The translations under genes and the position numbers were made by a program. A model generated the notes under the pieces. That model was not told where the DNA came from. It saw only the letters and a list, made by a program, of their open reading frames with translations, and ran no database searches. Shown here one piece after another: positions 50,414 to 59,433 of a stretch of DNA of 64,000 bases; the first letter of the stretch is position 1, and the number at the start of each line of letters is the position of its first letter. This DNA is from Candidatus Poribacteria bacterium (lineage in GTDB: Bacteria > Poribacteria > WGA-4E > WGA-3G), in contig OZ243938.1 in NCBI GenBank assembly GCA_965214095.1, positions 3,520,001 to 3,584,000 of the forward strand, in the 5' to 3' direction.

Positions 50414-51952
50414 ATGGCACAAGATAAAGACAATACACCATCGCAAATTGATGAAATTAACAGAAACGCTTTAGTCTATATTGAAGCAATTCCCAATACT
50501 ATATTGCTACTCCCTTGGCATATAAAGAAGTTTTTTACGAGAAGCAAAAGTGTTACAAACAAAAGCATGCATAATGTCATTTCGCGCATGCATAAGGATG
50601 CGGACGAAGATGCACAGAAATTTGGTGTCGCAGGGACAGGTTTCTTTGTTGCTCCAGACTTGTTGGTGACTAATATTCATGTTATTGCAAATGCCAAAAC
50701 GATTGCCGCAAAGCATCTGACATTAAAAAAAACACCGGTATACCATCCAGACTTTAAGGATATCCCTTATGCATACAAAATGGAATTCAGCAAGGAACCC
50801 GTCTTATATTCTATCAATGGTGTTGCTGCGTTTGATGCACAGAATGACTTGGTTGTGCTAAAAGTTAATGAGAAATGTGCTACCCACCTCCCTCTTAGCA
50901 GTAGTGAAAATGTCAATGAAGGAGACAATGCGTTTACTCTTTCTTATGCAAATGCTGAGTACAAATGCCTCAATGGCACTATATCTGGTAGAAACAAAAG
51001 GAAATGGTTTGATATTATTACGGATTATACGCCAGGAGATAGTGGAAGTCCCGTGCTAAACACTGATGCTGAAGTCATCGGCATAGCATGTTTGATATCC
51101 CGGTCACAGCATGAGAATGGCCTTAATCCTCTTATGTTGGGCAGTGCTATTCCATCTAATAATCTTGAAAATCTCCTTGAAGAAATGGGAAATGTAGAGT
51201 CGTTATCCACTTGGCAAAAACGTCCAACTATCCGCGCGTATGCTTTATTAACTCAAGCTCAGAGGAAGCTGGCACAAGGCAAATACAGATCTGCAATTGC
51301 TAAATACAACCGATTACTTAAACTCAACCCACATATTATTGTCGCTTACAGCAACCGAGGTGTTGCAAAATCCGCTCTTGGCAACTACATCAAAGCAATT
51401 GAAGATTATGATGATGTTATTCAACGTTATCCTGATTATTCGGCTGCATACTACAATCGTGCTCGAGCAAAATTTCTTCTGGGTGAGAAATCTGCTAAGC
51501 AAGGAAAACTTGTCGAAGCACGACAATACTATCATAATGCGATTGATGACTACTCAGAAGTAATTAAACAAAATCAAATACGCAGTGGAGCTTACAATAA
51601 TCGTGGATGGACGTCGTATCTTCTTGGACAAGTTGAAACAAAAGATGGAAAACAGACAGAAGCGCAAAGGTTATATCAAGAAGCAATATCCGATGCTGAT
51701 GAGGCGTTAAGGTTACAACCTGAGGGAGACTTATATCGTTCATCCTTCTATCACACCCGCGGTGCTGCAAAAGCTGCCCTCGGCAATCACAACGAAGCGA
51801 TTGAAGACTTTGGTGAATCCATTAGCTTAAATCCCGACAAAGCATTGTTATATTATGATAGAGGACTATCAAGACAAACTATCGGAAAGACCCAAGAAGC
51901 AGATGCCGACTTTACTAAAGCAAAACAATTAGACCCAAAGGTTGACAAATGA
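50414..51952 (+). CDS. Trypsin-like serine protease plus TPR repeats (copy 3)
   Basis: GTGFFV, VTNIHV, NDLVVL, PGDSGSPV; TPRs AYSNRGVAKSALG. Confidence 0.88.
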   Translation: MAQDKDNTPSQIDEINRNALVYIEAIPNTILLLPWHIKKFFTRSKSVTNKSMHNVISRMHKDADEDAQKFGVAGTGFFVAPDLLVTNIHVIANAKTIAAKHLTLKKTPVYHPDFKDIPYAYKMEFSKEPVLYSINGVAAFDAQNDLVVLKVNEKCATHLPLSSSENVNEGDNAFTLSYANAEYKCLNGTISGRNKRKWFDIITDYTPGDSGSPVLNTDAEVIGIACLISRSQHENGLNPLMLGSAIPSNNLENLLEEMGNVESLSTWQKRPTIRAYALLTQAQRKLAQGKYRSAIAKYNRLLKLNPHIIVAYSNRGVAKSALGNYIKAIEDYDDVIQRYPDYSAAYYNRARAKFLLGEKSAKQGKLVEARQYYHNAIDDYSEVIKQNQIRSGAYNNRGWTSYLLGQVETKDGKQTEAQRLYQEAISDADEALRLQPEGDLYRSSFYHTRGAAKAALGNHNEAIEDFGESISLNPDKALLYYDRGLSRQTIGKTQEADADFTKAKQLDPKVDK

Positions 51953-51968
51953 AGCAATTTAGTTAGTT

Positions 51969-54212
51969 TCAGAATCGTTTCGCCAATTCCACACCCCAAT
52001 AGCGCGGTTCATTCACATAACCCGTTAGATTATTAAAGTCAATACCACCAGTTAGGGAAGTATCGTTGAGGATGTTTCGTCCTATAAGTGCAAATTCTGT
52101 CTCAAAATTCGGTATCTTACAGGCAAGACGAATCCCGCCTTCCAAGAGCCAGTCATCGCTGAATTCTACAGAGTCGTAGAGAAAGAAATGGACACGGCTA
52201 CGATATGCCCAATCCGTAGATGCGACGAAACGGACACCAGAAGGTAGATCAATAACATAACGTAAGTCTATGTCAGCAATCCAAGCAGGGGCTTGCGGCA
52301 AACTGTTACCATCAATATAATATGTGCCTACAACAGGAGCGGGGGTATCCAACACTGTGCATGGTGCACCGCAACCATATACTACCAAATTTGGATCGTC
52401 AATCCGTGTGTAGTTGTAACTGAGTCCCGCTGATACCTCCAACGTTTTGATAGGTGCAAATATCAGTTCTGCCTCAACACCACGACCAATTGTGCTCTCA
52501 GCATTTACTAAACGATTGAAATTCGTCTCTCCACCCACAGCAGTCAGCTGCTGATCCTGCAACAAGTAGTTGAACGCGGCAATATTAAGATGCAATCGTT
52601 GATCTACCAATCGCATCTTCGTGCCGACTTCAAAGGAAAGAATGGTCTCTGTGTCTGCTACCGTGACTTCATTACCAAACAATAAGCGTCCCTGAATACT
52701 GGGTGCACGGAATCCTCGCGCACCACGCCAATATGTTTGCACACTTGGTGACACCTGATAGCGTAGACTAACATCACCACTCCAGACAGTGTCTTGCGGA
52801 TTTCTGTGGATAGGACCGATCGGTTTTGCACCTCTTTCTGCTTCTACTGCTGGTACTTCCTCTCGCCATGCTGTATAATCTTTGGCATCATCAGACAAAC
52901 GCACACCGAGACCTAATTCCAGATCGTTGATTATTTCCAATGTGGTGGATGCATAAGCTGCCAATGCTGTAGCGGTCTGCTCTTGACGCACATATCCATC
53001 TTGAGTTCCACCAGCCAAAGTATTGTAGTTGAAATCCTCCATTTCTACATACTCATTAAAATAATACAAACCAAACTGATAGGAGAGACGACTATTCCCC
53101 GCAGTCATCAAACGAACTTCTTGGCTGAACTGATTCAGCAAAGGGATGCCAGCCGCTGTTTCGGAAGGAAAAGGAATCACGCCAGGACCACTTGTTGGTA
53201 GGAATGCAGCACCGTAGCCGCCATCAATATCTCCATGCGAAAAGGTGGTGAGTCGTTCCAAACCTGTCAGCGAAACTAATTTGTGGTTTCCAATATCATA
53301 ACTAACCTGAAAGGCTAATCCACCTGAGAATAGTTCTTGCTCATTTTCACCATCTTGTGCAACGCTATTGCGGGTGAAATCTGAAACCAAGTCACCTTTC
53401 TCATGTGCAATTATATTCGCACGAAATAGCCGGGAAGTGCTATCAAGATAGCGTGCTTGAAGCTTTAACCACGTTTCTAACTTCGGTATTGGTGTCCACA
53501 ATAACTGCAGACGGGCAGCAAAGTCAAAATGTCCACCTAAAGCATTATCATCACCCGTATGTATATTGTCTATCCAATCGTCACGCCATAGACCTAGTAT
53601 TGAAAGTCTTGTTGAAAGCACAGATGGAATAATCGGTTTGGAAATCGCCCCTTCAACATTCATGGTTCTGAACCTACCAACACTCAACTGCCTATAGTGC
53701 TCTCGTGTATCGGAAGGTCGAACGGATTCAAATTTCACTGCACCAGCAGGTGTGTTGCGACCGAACAGTGTGCCTTGTGGTCCTCGCAACACTTCGATTC
53801 GTTCCAAATCAAAGGCGGGATATCCTTTCAACATTGCATTTTCAAGCACGACACCATCGTATAGAACAGAAACCGGTTGAGATGCGTTGAGGTCAAAGTC
53901 TGTATTGCCAAGTCCGCGAATATAAAAGCGAGGGAACACCCGTCCAAAAGATGATTCCATCTGTAGACTCGGGGTGCGATTTGACAGAAACCGTAAATCC
54001 ATTCCTGATGACCTTAATATCTGCGATTTGCCACCGCGTATTGTCGAAACGGAGAGTGGCACTTCAAAAGACAACTGTTCACGTTTACGTGCAGTAACCA
54101 CCACTTCTTCTAATGTGTGTACCGCTTCGGTATCCTCATCTGCAATGGATGGAATAGTTGTTGATATTAAAACCACAGAAATCAATACAAATATCTTCTT
54201 ACAAATGTCCAT
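51969..54212 (-). CDS. TonB-dependent outer-membrane receptor
   Basis: Signal peptide, TonB box EEVVVTARKRE, plug ERIEVLRGPQGTLFGRNTPAG, C-terminal Phe (PRYWGVELAKRF). Confidence 0.93.
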   Translation of the reverse strand: MDICKKIFVLISVVLISTTIPSIADEDTEAVHTLEEVVVTARKREQLSFEVPLSVSTIRGGKSQILRSSGMDLRFLSNRTPSLQMESSFGRVFPRFYIRGLGNTDFDLNASQPVSVLYDGVVLENAMLKGYPAFDLERIEVLRGPQGTLFGRNTPAGAVKFESVRPSDTREHYRQLSVGRFRTMNVEGAISKPIIPSVLSTRLSILGLWRDDWIDNIHTGDDNALGGHFDFAARLQLLWTPIPKLETWLKLQARYLDSTSRLFRANIIAHEKGDLVSDFTRNSVAQDGENEQELFSGGLAFQVSYDIGNHKLVSLTGLERLTTFSHGDIDGGYGAAFLPTSGPGVIPFPSETAAGIPLLNQFSQEVRLMTAGNSRLSYQFGLYYFNEYVEMEDFNYNTLAGGTQDGYVRQEQTATALAAYASTTLEIINDLELGLGVRLSDDAKDYTAWREEVPAVEAERGAKPIGPIHRNPQDTVWSGDVSLRYQVSPSVQTYWRGARGFRAPSIQGRLLFGNEVTVADTETILSFEVGTKMRLVDQRLHLNIAAFNYLLQDQQLTAVGGETNFNRLVNAESTIGRGVEAELIFAPIKTLEVSAGLSYNYTRIDDPNLVVYGCGAPCTVLDTPAPVVGTYYIDGNSLPQAPAWIADIDLRYVIDLPSGVRFVASTDWAYRSRVHFFLYDSVEFSDDWLLEGGIRLACKIPNFETEFALIGRNILNDTSLTGGIDFNNLTGYVNEPRYWGVELAKRF

Positions 54213-54223
54213 ATTCTCCCCTT

Positions 54224-54361
54224 TATAGTGAAATGTAAAAACACGTGCACACTCCGCAGTAGATGCGGTTTCCTAACCGCATCTATGAGACTGAACAAAC
54301 ACCGGTTCGGTTAGGAAACCGAACCTACCGTCGTGTGTAAATAATTATGGTTTTTACTATA
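54224..54361 (+). mobile_element. MITE family A full-length copy (138 bp)
   Basis: TIR TATAGTGAAA / TTTTACTATA; two inverted GTAG-REP hairpins inside. Confidence 0.88.
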
Positions 54362-54411
54362 AAATAATATGAAGTTTGGTGCTATTAGTGGTATGTTCTT
54401 ATGTTGATATA

Positions 54412-55245
54412 TCAAATTTTCTGATTGTTTGTGTTATCCATCTGTGCGCGCAACCGTTCTAATTCTGCTTCTAATTCACCTACCTTTGCCTCTGCTTCTT
54501 GGCGATGATGTTGCTCTTCTTCTCGCAGGAGTTGCTCTTGTTCACGCAGATTTTTCTCATGCTCCAGTTGATGTTTGATTTCCATAGATGTATCAATAGG
54601 TGTGCCATCAGGTAAATACGGACGTAAGAGTCTCACATGCGTTGTCTGATCGTCTTTCCATCGCAACCATAGATTCAACGCTTCACTAAACAAGCCTCCT
54701 TCTGCATCAGGTTCAATCTCAATGATTTCTCCTGAAGTACTCCGTTGCCACCCGTGAAACTCCGCAGGTTTCTTCATCTCAGGCTGATGGATAAAGTATT
54801 CTTGTACGCCTATATCCTTGAGATACAACTCCACTTTTTTTGTGCGATCCTGATGTGCTGTTGCGTCAGAGAGGAATTCAATAACTGCGACAGGCACTGC
54901 CCCCTCTTTCCAAGTATAGAAACTACGTCTCAACGGATATTTTTCAACACCAAAGACGATGTAGATATCAGGGGCAACACATTTTGAAATGTTCCCTTCT
55001 TCATAATAGACAAAACTGTCAACACCGATGTGTATGAGATCGTTGATTGCGAAATATCGCTTGAGTTGGTCAGATATAGTAGTGATCTGTTCAGCGTGAA
55101 AATCGGTCTCAGCCATAGGTTCGTTGTCCTCACAAGGATACCCTTCAATGTATATTGTCGGTTTCCCATTTGCTTTTGGAAATACAGGTATATATTTTCT
55201 TTGTTTTATTTCAAAGTCGTTTAAGGTATTCATGGGATTCTCCAT
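54412..55245 (-). CDS. Uma2 family PD-(D/E)XK endonuclease-like protein with C-terminal coiled coil
   Basis: PMAETDFH, VAPDIYIV, VIEFLS, K..LY..IGVQEYFI; E/Q/R-rich tail. Confidence 0.88.
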   Translation of the reverse strand: MENPMNTLNDFEIKQRKYIPVFPKANGKPTIYIEGYPCEDNEPMAETDFHAEQITTISDQLKRYFAINDLIHIGVDSFVYYEEGNISKCVAPDIYIVFGVEKYPLRRSFYTWKEGAVPVAVIEFLSDATAHQDRTKKVELYLKDIGVQEYFIHQPEMKKPAEFHGWQRSTSGEIIEIEPDAEGGLFSEALNLWLRWKDDQTTHVRLLRPYLPDGTPIDTSMEIKHQLEHEKNLREQEQLLREEEQHHRQEAEAKVGELEAELERLRAQMDNTNNQKI

Positions 55246-55417
55246 AAATGTTAGTTTGCAGTTCAATTGTTGAAACTATTTTTTAAAAGCTTCTTATTTT
55301 TACTTATGCCGCTTGTATAGTGTGTCTTAAGTATATCACAGATTTAAGGGATAATCAAAGGTTATGGTCACCATTGTCTTTGACTCTAATAACACATTAA
55401 TCTTGTAAATAAATGTA

Positions 55418-56332
55418 ATGCTTGTTATGATTAAATACTCTGACAAAAGGATAAACAGGAGGCAACTTGTGTTGCATATTATATTCACAAATAGAACCAA
55501 CAGGTATGCCATAATATCGCTTTATTACATCGTATTGATCTTGATGTTTTTTTGTGTGATGACATTGGATGTTTCAGCTGTGCCGTTACAACCGGATGCA
55601 TATTGGAATTTTGACGATGGCACCGCAAGGGATAGTTCAAATAGAAGGCTGCATGGCAGACTTATTGGAAAACCAACCTCAGTTGAAGGTGTTTCCGGTA
55701 AGGCACTGAAGTTTGTTGGCGGACAGGGTATCAAGATTCCAGATTCACGTGGGATCAATACGAGAGGTCCATTTCCCAACCGCACTGTCGGTGCACTCTT
55801 TTACTGCAATAATGCCAGCCAAGCACAGAAACAAGTGATTTTTGAAGCAGGTGGAATTACAAAAGGATTAGCCATTTATGTCTATAAGAGTAGGATCTAT
55901 GTAGGTGCATGGAATGTGCCAGTTCTCAACTGGAATGGCGCGTATCTTTTTACTGGGATTAAGTCAAAAAGATGGTATTACGTCGCGTTAGTTATTCGCA
56001 ACGGCACGAATAAAGTAGAATCAAACAAGTTTGAGATGTGGTTGGATGGAGAACTTATCGGTAAGGCGAAAGGGGCATATCTCCAAGCACATGGACAAGA
56101 TATAGGTATCGCACACGTCAGCCAGCATACAAGATACCACGATGGTAGCGGTAGAGGTAGGGATGTTGACTGGTTTGAAGGTCTGATTGACGAAGTTGTT
56201 ATCTACAATAGGGCTTTGAACATAGCAAATCTAACGAGACTGATGGATCCACTTAATGTTGAACCTAAAGGTAAATTCACGACTACTTGGGCAAATCTCA
56301 AAGACTCTATATTGACAAATACTTCTCGTTAA
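55418..56332 (+). CDS. Secreted LamG-like protein with C-terminal VEPKGKFTTTWANLK motif
   Basis: AYWNFDDG, WYYVALV, MWLDG, FEGLIDEVVIYNRAL; start codon uncertain. Confidence 0.85.
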   Translation: MLVMIKYSDKRINRRQLVLHIIFTNRTNRYAIISLYYIVLILMFFCVMTLDVSAVPLQPDAYWNFDDGTARDSSNRRLHGRLIGKPTSVEGVSGKALKFVGGQGIKIPDSRGINTRGPFPNRTVGALFYCNNASQAQKQVIFEAGGITKGLAIYVYKSRIYVGAWNVPVLNWNGAYLFTGIKSKRWYYVALVIRNGTNKVESNKFEMWLDGELIGKAKGAYLQAHGQDIGIAHVSQHTRYHDGSGRGRDVDWFEGLIDEVVIYNRALNIANLTRLMDPLNVEPKGKFTTTWANLKDSILTNTSR

Positions 56333-56366
56333 CAAATAACAGTTGCTAGCCAACATCGGGACTAAA

Positions 56367-58268
56367 ATGGCACATGCAAAAGATATCAAGAAAGGGAAAA
56401 CTACAGAGAACATTGGAATACTTGAATCCGACCACATCAATCGTAGAAAGTTTATCAAAGAACTTGGTATAGCGGGTGCAGGTGCATTGTCCCTTTTGCG
56501 TTCAAATGCAGTTGCACAGAACGTCCCAGTTGAAAATAAGAACAAACCTAATATTCTACTGATTATGACCGACCAACAACGTTGGGATGCGATGAGTTGC
56601 AGTGGCAACTGGGTCCGAACACCAAACATGGATAGAATTGCCAGTGAAGGTGTTCAATTTACGAACTGTGTCACCAATTCACCTGTCTGCATAGCGGCGC
56701 GAGTTAGTTTAGCAACGGGTTTATATCCACACAACACTGGAATTTGGAAGAATGAGACTTACCTGATGCCTCCAGATACGCCAACATGGATGCAGGCAGT
56801 GCGCGATGCTGGTTATCGGACAAGTGTTTTCGGGAAAACACACCTGCATCCGCATTCTAACGGTTCTGATTTACGCAAACGTGAGTATTTGTTACACGCT
56901 TATGGCTTAGACGATGTGGACGAAATTCCGGGTCCACGAGCGAGTCGCCGTGTCCTATCACACATGACTGCATTATGGCAACAGAAAGGGTTATGGGCAG
57001 CATATAGAGCAGATGTTGAGGAACGTCTGAATAATAAACCTTACGTTGTCCGTCCCACAATACTTGGGTTGGAAAATGACGCGGATGTTTATGTTGGACA
57101 GCAAGCCAAGAAATATCTTACAAACTATAACCGTGTCGAACCGTGGTTCTGTTGGGTCAGTTTCGGTGGACCACATGAACCTTGGGATGCCCCAGAACCT
57201 TATGCAAGTATGTATGACCCCAGAAGTATGCCGAACCCCGTGCCTCGTCCTCCTGCTGCCGGAAATCGACCGCGAGGAGACTTAGACACGCGTATGAACA
57301 CAAATAGGTTTAACCCTAAATTTGTGGAAGGAGAAGTCGGTAAATTACGGGCGGACTATGCTGGAAACGTTACCATGATTGATGACCAGATAGGTGAAAT
57401 ACTTGAGACGATTCAGGCACGCAGTGAACTTGATAATACTGTCATTGTCCTTTGCTCAGATCACGGAGAGATGAACGGTGATTATGGTATGATATATAAG
57501 AAGAATTTCCTCAATGGATCAGTGCGAATTCCGTTCCTTGTACGTACCCCTGAGACATTAAACAACGGCAACTTCAACCGTATATCTGATAGTCCAGTAG
57601 AATGGATTGATATTGGTCCAACTCTTGTTGAACTGGCTGGTGGTACAATGACACATCACCAATTTGGTAAATCGTTGTGTCCTGTATTAGATGGCAGCGA
57701 AGAAAATCATCGGGAATTTGCAATTTCTCAATTCGCCAGTGAAACAATGCTCCTAAATCGAGAGTGGAAAATAGCCTTAAATACACGTAATGAACCTTAT
57801 CTCTTCTTTGATGTTCATAACGATCCCACGGAAACAAACAATCTCGCGGCTGTACCGAAAATGAAGGCGTTGGAAACAGAATTACGTTCACAGATCTTAG
57901 AACACCGTTCTCATACACAGACACCGATGGACGTTGAACCTAAAGGTAAAGAATTAGTTTCACTTGGACAGATAAAGCGTAATGAACTGCTTCAGAACTT
58001 TCCCAACCCTTTCAATCCAGAGACATGGATTCCATTTCGACTTGTAGATGATGCTGATGTTACGCTTCGTATTTACTCCTTAACTGGAAAGTTGGTTAAG
58101 TCCATATTTATGGGAAAAATAGCTGCAGGAGATTACACATCGCAATCAGAAGCAGTGCACTGGGATGGAAGCAATGAAAATGGTGAACCTGTTAGTAGTG
58201 GTGTCTATTTCTACACTATTACTGCTGGAGAGTTCTCTGCTACGCGCAAAATGCTAATCCGCAAATAA
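56367..58268 (+). CDS. Tat-exported sulfatase with C-terminal FlgD-Ig/T9SS-CTD-like domain
   Basis: NRRKFIK Tat motif, KPNILLIMTDQQR, SPVCIAARVSLATG (CxAxR), SDHGEM; NFPNPFNPETWIPF...WDG..VSSGVYFY. Confidence 0.9.
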   Translation: MAHAKDIKKGKTTENIGILESDHINRRKFIKELGIAGAGALSLLRSNAVAQNVPVENKNKPNILLIMTDQQRWDAMSCSGNWVRTPNMDRIASEGVQFTNCVTNSPVCIAARVSLATGLYPHNTGIWKNETYLMPPDTPTWMQAVRDAGYRTSVFGKTHLHPHSNGSDLRKREYLLHAYGLDDVDEIPGPRASRRVLSHMTALWQQKGLWAAYRADVEERLNNKPYVVRPTILGLENDADVYVGQQAKKYLTNYNRVEPWFCWVSFGGPHEPWDAPEPYASMYDPRSMPNPVPRPPAAGNRPRGDLDTRMNTNRFNPKFVEGEVGKLRADYAGNVTMIDDQIGEILETIQARSELDNTVIVLCSDHGEMNGDYGMIYKKNFLNGSVRIPFLVRTPETLNNGNFNRISDSPVEWIDIGPTLVELAGGTMTHHQFGKSLCPVLDGSEENHREFAISQFASETMLLNREWKIALNTRNEPYLFFDVHNDPTETNNLAAVPKMKALETELRSQILEHRSHTQTPMDVEPKGKELVSLGQIKRNELLQNFPNPFNPETWIPFRLVDDADVTLRIYSLTGKLVKSIFMGKIAAGDYTSQSEAVHWDGSNENGEPVSSGVYFYTITAGEFSATRKMLIRK

Positions 58269-58335
58269 CCCGATGCCTTTCATAGTGACCTCTATAGATA
58301 TTTGCAGCTACATACCTACTAGACAGTCCAGCACG

Positions 58336-59250
58336 TTATTCTTCAAGCATCAATTTGAAGGCATCAAGGTTTTGGACTTGTGGCGCAGCGAAAAGCAACT
58401 GTTCAAGTCGTTCTAAATCAGTAATCTGATGTAATTTCGGTATTAGGTCATTGACTTCCTCAACAGTAAATCTGTTATTTAGGAATTTCAAGATGTTTTT
58501 AATGGTAGATTCTCTTGCGCCTTGTTCAAGACCTTGTTCAAGACCTTGTTCTCTGCCGAGAGCGATGAATTCATCGCGTAGGAGTTGATAGTATTTTGAT
58601 TCTTGCATACGTTCCTCCCGTATCATTCGTTTGAAAAGTAATGGATCATAGATAATACCGCCGAACAACGATAGCGCACAAAACAGGTCTCCTTGTGTCT
58701 GTTCATCAAAGGATGTGGCAGCAACTGCATTGATACACTCTCGCACCCACTGCTCAATTGAGATTCCTGCAGGACGTTTCATCAGCGGTGCAAAGGGTAG
58801 CAACCCTGGTGCTTGCATCTCCAATATCGCTTGTCCATCAATGTCAATCAGTCGTATTACCTTATATCGTAAAGTATATTCATATCCGTGTGAACTATAG
58901 TGATAAAAACCCGTGTCATTTCTCCCCGCATTCGGATGGAAATAGATGACATTGGAATAAACAGGTATCTGATGTTCTTTGATAAGGTATCCGTGATATG
59001 CGGCGTTTCGTGCCCACATTGGTTAATATGTACTATCGCGAAGCTGTAATTCAATGTGTAAAATCGCTTCGCTTTCGTTGATACGAATCCGTTTAGTGCT
59101 ATCTGTTAGTTGTTCTACAACAAGCTGCTGTTCCGTGTCAATGTTTTCTATTACTTCAATGTCATCATTTGTGCCGATTACAAACCGTGAGATGTCGGTG
59201 GCAAAATCTGTTAATATTGATTTTGCCATGTTGTCGTAGTCTTTTGCCAT
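58336..59250 (-). pseudogene. Rpn/YhgA-like (PD-(D/E)XK) nuclease gene interrupted by an in-frame TAA
   Basis: Both ORFs are in one frame: LHIELQLRDSTY-TAA(59023-59025)-P-MWARNAAY; C-terminal MQESKYYQ...GLEQGLEQG repeats. Confidence 0.75.
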
Positions 59251-59257
59251 ATTAGGA

Positions 59258-59287
59258 ATTATATATTATTGGTCTGGTTAATGTCAA
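59258..59287 (-). promoter_or_regulatory. Consensus sigma70 promoter, probably giving a leaderless mRNA
   Basis: Minus strand TTGACA-N18-TATAAT, 7 nt before the ATG at 59250; no SD sequence. Confidence 0.65.
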
Positions 59288-59325
59288 GGTTAAAGCAGGT
59301 TGATTGGAGACTCCTATTTCAGACA

Positions 59326-59358
59326 ACAAAAAGTGCGCGGGTTTTACGTCTCCGCGCA
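59326..59358 (-). terminator. Rho-independent terminator of the LDL-repeat gene
   Basis: Minus strand TGCGCGG-loop-CCGCGCA followed by CTTTTTGTT. Confidence 0.7.
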
Positions 59359-59433
59359 GGACGGTTAGGAGTTTATGAACACGGATATTTATAGAACGCC
59401 TCCGTTGGGGCAAGGTTATATGTGCTAATCACA

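Noticed and set aside
59023-59025. Stop-codon recoding (Sec/Pyl or alternative genetic code)
   Set aside because: The codon is TAA, which terminates many genes in the window normally
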